This document shows positions 60,003 to 64,000 of a stretch of 64,000 nucleotides of DNA, in pieces; the stretch's first letter is position 1, and the number at the start of each line of letters is the position of its first letter. A program made the translations under genes and the position numbers. The notes beneath the pieces are model-generated. The model made no database searches and was not told the DNA's origin. It saw only the letters and a list, made by a program, of their open reading frames with translations. The stretch comes from Podarcis muralis (lineage: Eukaryota). The stretch is taken from the NCBI RefSeq assembly GCF_964188315.1, contig NC_135656.1, positions 25,234,001-25,298,000 on the forward strand, written 5' to 3'.

Positions 60003-60097
60003 GGGAAATAGGGATATTCCAGGATCAAATCAGAAGCCAGGATGGCTTTCATAATTCTGGGACTGTCCCTGGAAAATAGGGATACTTGGAGAGTATG
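60003..60097. mobile_element. Partial CAGACCCTCC-family MITE unit
   Basis: ggatcaaatcagaagcc...gggactgtccctggaaaatagggatacttggagagtatg, as in 9860-9940. Confidence 0.7.
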
Positions 60098-60318
60098 GAA
60101 CCATAAAATATTCTTATTCCTGCACAATAATTTGATGGTTTGCAATTGGTTGCATATGCTACCATAATCATAACAGAATGCACTGATGTTCATATTTTGT
60201 GTGGGTAAAAGTTGAAGAAAATTTTGCTCCTCGCAGATGATGAATGAGGGGTAACTTTGCTCCAATCTACCCCTCAGCAAAATCACTAGTGGATAGTTTT
60301 CTCCTAATTCATTTGTGG

Positions 60319-60700
60319 AAGGTAAAGTTAAAGGTAAAGGACCCCTGGACGGTTACGTCCAGTCAAAGGCGACTATGGGGTTGCGGGGCTCATCTCGCTT
60401 CAGGCCAAAGAAGCCGGCATTTGTCCACAGACAGCTTTCTAGGTCATGTGACCAGCATGACTAAACCGCTTCTTGTGCAATGGGACGCCGGGACGGAAAT
60501 CAGAGATCACGGACATGCCGTTTACATTCCCGCCACAAGTGGTACATATTTACATGCACTGCAGTGCTTTCAAACTGCTAGGTTGGCAGGAGCTGGGGCA
60601 GAGCAATGGGAGCTTACTCCGTCTCGGGGATTTGAACCACCGACCTTCTGATATGCAAGCCCAAGAGGCTCAGTGGTTTAGACCACAGCGTGCCAGCTCC
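60319..60700 (-). mobile_element. Sauria SINE (Squam1)
   Basis: aaggtaaagttaaaggtaaaggacccctggac tail; same body as the 25393 copy. Confidence 0.9.
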
Positions 60701-60701
60701 T

Positions 60702-60932
60702 TAGGGCCATAGCTAGGGGGTGGTGCGCAGGTGGTGGGGGCCCACCTCAAAATCGGCTAAAAAATATGTCCATATAAATATTGATTATTGCCTCAAAAGA
60801 AATGGTTTTAAATAGAGGGTGAATGGAATGGGTGGAGGGAGGGGGGTTGGAGGAGAGGCAGAAAGAAGAGCTAATTTACCCATGGCTAGGGGGTGCAATC
60901 TGGATTGCGCAGATCACCTAGCTACGGCTCTG
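60702..60932. mobile_element. Old hAT-like MITE (agggccatagctag / ctagctacggctct ends)
   Basis: Terminal inverted repeats of about 14 bp. Confidence 0.5.
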
Positions 60933-61016
60933 TTGCTCCCTTTATGTGTGAAACAACATAGTAAACAGTGGAAATTGGTGGTAGGCAGTAGATAAGTGTT
61001 GATGATTTGCAATGAC

Positions 61017-61053
<37 letters not shown>

Positions 61054-61310
61054 TAATAATAATAATAAAACACTACCCACTCCCCAGGTAGCAAACTCTG
61101 AGGTGAGTTCATGTTTCACCAAACTGCAGCTCAAAATGCAGGCCCAGTTTGTCCCACAGAAATCTTCTGCCATCCCCTATCTCATTCACACACCCTCTGT
61201 CCTCCGCCCTCCCTCCTCAGTCCTGCTAAGAAAAGGATTAGACCGCAGGGATTAACTGTCACTGTACAGTACTGGGCTGAGGAAAGCAGAGCGCCTAGAG
61301 AGGAGATGGC

Positions 61311-61311
<1 letters not shown>

Positions 61312-61358
<47 letters not shown>
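61312..61358. repeat. (CA)n microsatellite
   Basis: Direct reading. Confidence 0.95.
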
Positions 61359-61361
<3 letters not shown>

Positions 61362-62774
61362 CCTTCCCCTTGGCCTTGTGATAGTAAGGAAGAAAGCATG
61401 CATCTGTTTCTATTGGCTTCTGGTGCACATTCCCCTAAGATTTGAAGGCAAGAAGAGCACCTCTTGAGGCTAGTATATAAAGGGATATCAGCTAGGAGTG
61501 GTGTGTTTAGGTAGGGCAGAGAGCAAGCTGTTGCCTCCCTCAGTGACAGAAAAAATTCTGGTTTCCTTGTGTGTTTGGGCAGGGGAGAGATTTAAAGTTC
61601 CAAAGGCTTGCTCTTGCTTTCCAATGCACCCTGTTTCAGACTTCAATAACGTTGGTCATTGTCTGCCATGACTTTTATTCAAAGCATCTTTGAAGGACCT
61701 GAATCGCCATGGATGCCAAGATGCCATAGCTCCATTGAAAAATAATACCAGGGCAAAATTGTTATGCAACGGGCTAGCTGGCTAAGCAAGCGGGCAGTGT
61801 TGCTATGCATGGGTTCTTGGCTTTTTAAACAAAATACATTGGATATTTCACCTCAGTGCCCTTTACAATGGTGTTGCATTAGCATTAGTGTAGCTGAATA
61901 AACAAAAGCAATCTGTCTCTTTCTCATTCTGATTTTTGCCCTCTGTGATGAGCTTCTCTGTAGGTGGCAATGCATGTGCCCAGTGTTTTCATTTTGAAGA
62001 GGCGCGGCTGTCAGGTTCATGCTCATTTCATGGGGCACATTTACAATTGCCGATGAGCTTAGCATGCCTGTAACTCTTGAGAGATCTCCAAGCCAATTTT
62101 GGGAGTGAGTGGGTAGGAGAGGGGGGAAAGGCCCATTACACAAGTCTTTGCACATGGGTTGGTTTCCACTGACGGGACTTTTTGAATCCTACCCAGACAG
62201 TCTAGCTAGATTAGCAAGAAAACTGTAAGCAAATGAAAGGCTCGATTTTACAGGTATTTGACATCATGACTTAAACATACACAAACACACAAAAACATTT
62301 CCAGTTGCAGGACCTCTGTGTTCCCTGGGAGGTGGGATGGCCTCATGAATGGCACCTTCACATGAGATCATAACTGCACATTGATACACAGGCGTTAGCA
62401 TCTGATTAATGTTGATACTACAGAGCTGTATGAATCAACCTGTAACACAGAGCTTCACCACCGATGGCAGAATTCCAGATGTTCTCAACTACAACTTTCA
62501 TTAACCATGGCAAACATCTGGAGGGACACCAGGTTGGCAGTCGAACCTCCAACTCCTCCTTGATCCAGGATTAAGGCCCCTTAATTAATTGTTCAAATAA
62601 TATATTATCGTCTTGTTAAGGGGGAGGGGGAGATTATTTGAGACGCATCAACCTTCATGCAAACCAATCTCTCCTGTTCTTCCCCATAATAAAATGTGTA
62701 CAGTTAGTCTTGTTCCTTTTAGAAAATCCTAGCAGCAATCACAGTCCCTACAATGCTGGAATCACAGCTAAGAA

Positions 62775-62815
62775 ATCACAGAATCACAGAATTATAGAGC
62801 TGGAAGGGACCTCAA
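62775..62815 (-). mobile_element. CR1 3' terminus
   Basis: cacagaatcacagaattatagagctggaagggacctc. Confidence 0.7.
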
Positions 62816-63889
62816 TGAAGGACAGCCCTTGACCACCACAGACCCTTCATAAGCAGTGCCTCGCTCCTAGAAGACTCTCGTACATAAACCAATCCATATC
62901 CCCAAGGTGCTAATAATTTATCCTTTATTTTGTTTGCTGGTCAACTTCCAGATATTCCAGACATGATAAAAAAAAGCTATAATTTACACCGCGGGAATTT
63001 GATAGCACCGCTTTCCTTTCTCTTCCCTAGTTGACTCCTTATGATGTTGCATAACTATTTCTGCATTGTAAAAGGAAGGGTTCTACGTGCTCGGATAAGC
63101 TGCGTGATGAACTGTGGGGAAAGATGCCGTGGGCATTCCTAAGCAAAGCACTTTTACCTAAAACAGCACGTCTTTCTTGATGTGAAGCCCATAATAGAAT
63201 AAAGAAACTAGAGAAATGCAAAAAGCATCCTTGATGTCACAGGCCTTTCACAGATGAAGTTATCAGTGTGATGGATTAACCAACGCTGGTCTTTAGGGTA
63301 CTTTTTTGAATTTGAACACTCTAGCCCTTTTGTTACAGCATCTGCACGTTTGGTGAACGTGTGTTGATGGAACATGGGATTATCTGTATCGCCAAACAAC
63401 CTACTCATTGAGCAGTCATCCGGATTTGCTCGCGTGAAGCATATGCAAAAGTTAATTGCTGCATACATGCAACATTTTAGTCTAGAATCAATGAAGACTT
63501 GTTTTTCCTATGTAGTCCGCACACAGTCTTGATCTACCTGTGTCTGCAGGCGTCTCTCATTGAACTGTATCATTCTGTTCAACTGTTTTTATTTTATTTT
63601 CACACATCTACATCTTGTAGGTTCGTAGACTTTATTCTCACACCCTTGCCAGAAGCAGGGTAAAAGGACACTATCTCAAATCCACTTCCACGTTTTCAAT
63701 CTATATGTATACCCAAGGTTTGTTGGATACCTCTGAGCACCATTTATTTACTTAATCTGTATTCTGTATTATTTATTTATTCTATAGTCTATATTCTATA
63801 TTCTTTATTTATTTATTCCATATTCAGTCAGGGACTGAATATAGACTTTCCCCATGCAACGCTTATATTCCACCACTGTGTTACAAGCT

Positions 63890-64000
63890 CAGACCTTCCA
63901 AGTGTCCCTATTTTCCAGGGACAGTCCCGGATTTACAGACACCATCCTCATTTCTGATTTGATCCCAGAATGTCCCGTTTTTCCTTAGGACGTCCTTATT
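63890..64000. mobile_element. CAGACCCTCC-family MITE unit, cut by window end
   Basis: cagaccttccaagtgtccctattttccagggacagtccc..., as at 57629. Confidence 0.8.

Overview
Vertebrate genomic DNA, almost certainly from a lacertid lizard (Podarcis/Lacerta/Zootoca-like). The species inference rests on the repeat content: Sauria/Squam1 SINEs, Squam3 SINEs, BovB, L2/CR1 tails and abundant TA-flanked Tc1/mariner MITEs. The window holds the KCNJ16-KCNJ2 tandem pair, both on the + strand with single-exon CDSs. KCNJ16 (Kir5.1) is 12688..13989. KCNJ2 (Kir2.1) is 46407..47684, with a CpG-island promoter (CCAAT/GC/TATA-like at 39716-39785), a non-coding exon 1, a ~6.2-kb intron and a ~4.1-kb 3' UTR ending near 51800. 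The remainder is presumed KCNJ16 intron, intergenic DNA, and (by human synteny) the start of the KCNJ2-SOX9 gene desert; it is dense in transposons. No other protein-coding gene is supported. Most notable observations: (1) a complete minimal type-I hammerhead ribozyme in a Penelope-type fragment (2390..2427, - strand); (2) a Kir5.1 with a Kir2-like acidic rectification residue (D162, GCIID) and a non-aromatic residue after GYG; (3) a candidate 5S-headed/CR1-tailed SINE in the KCNJ2 intron; (4) a repeated MITE + L2-tail chimeric element; (5) a mariner-type MITE with a 12-bp rather than TA duplication; (6) an antisense solo LTR just downstream of KCNJ16. Comparisons with human proteins and repeat family names come from recalled reference sequences and need alignment to confirm.
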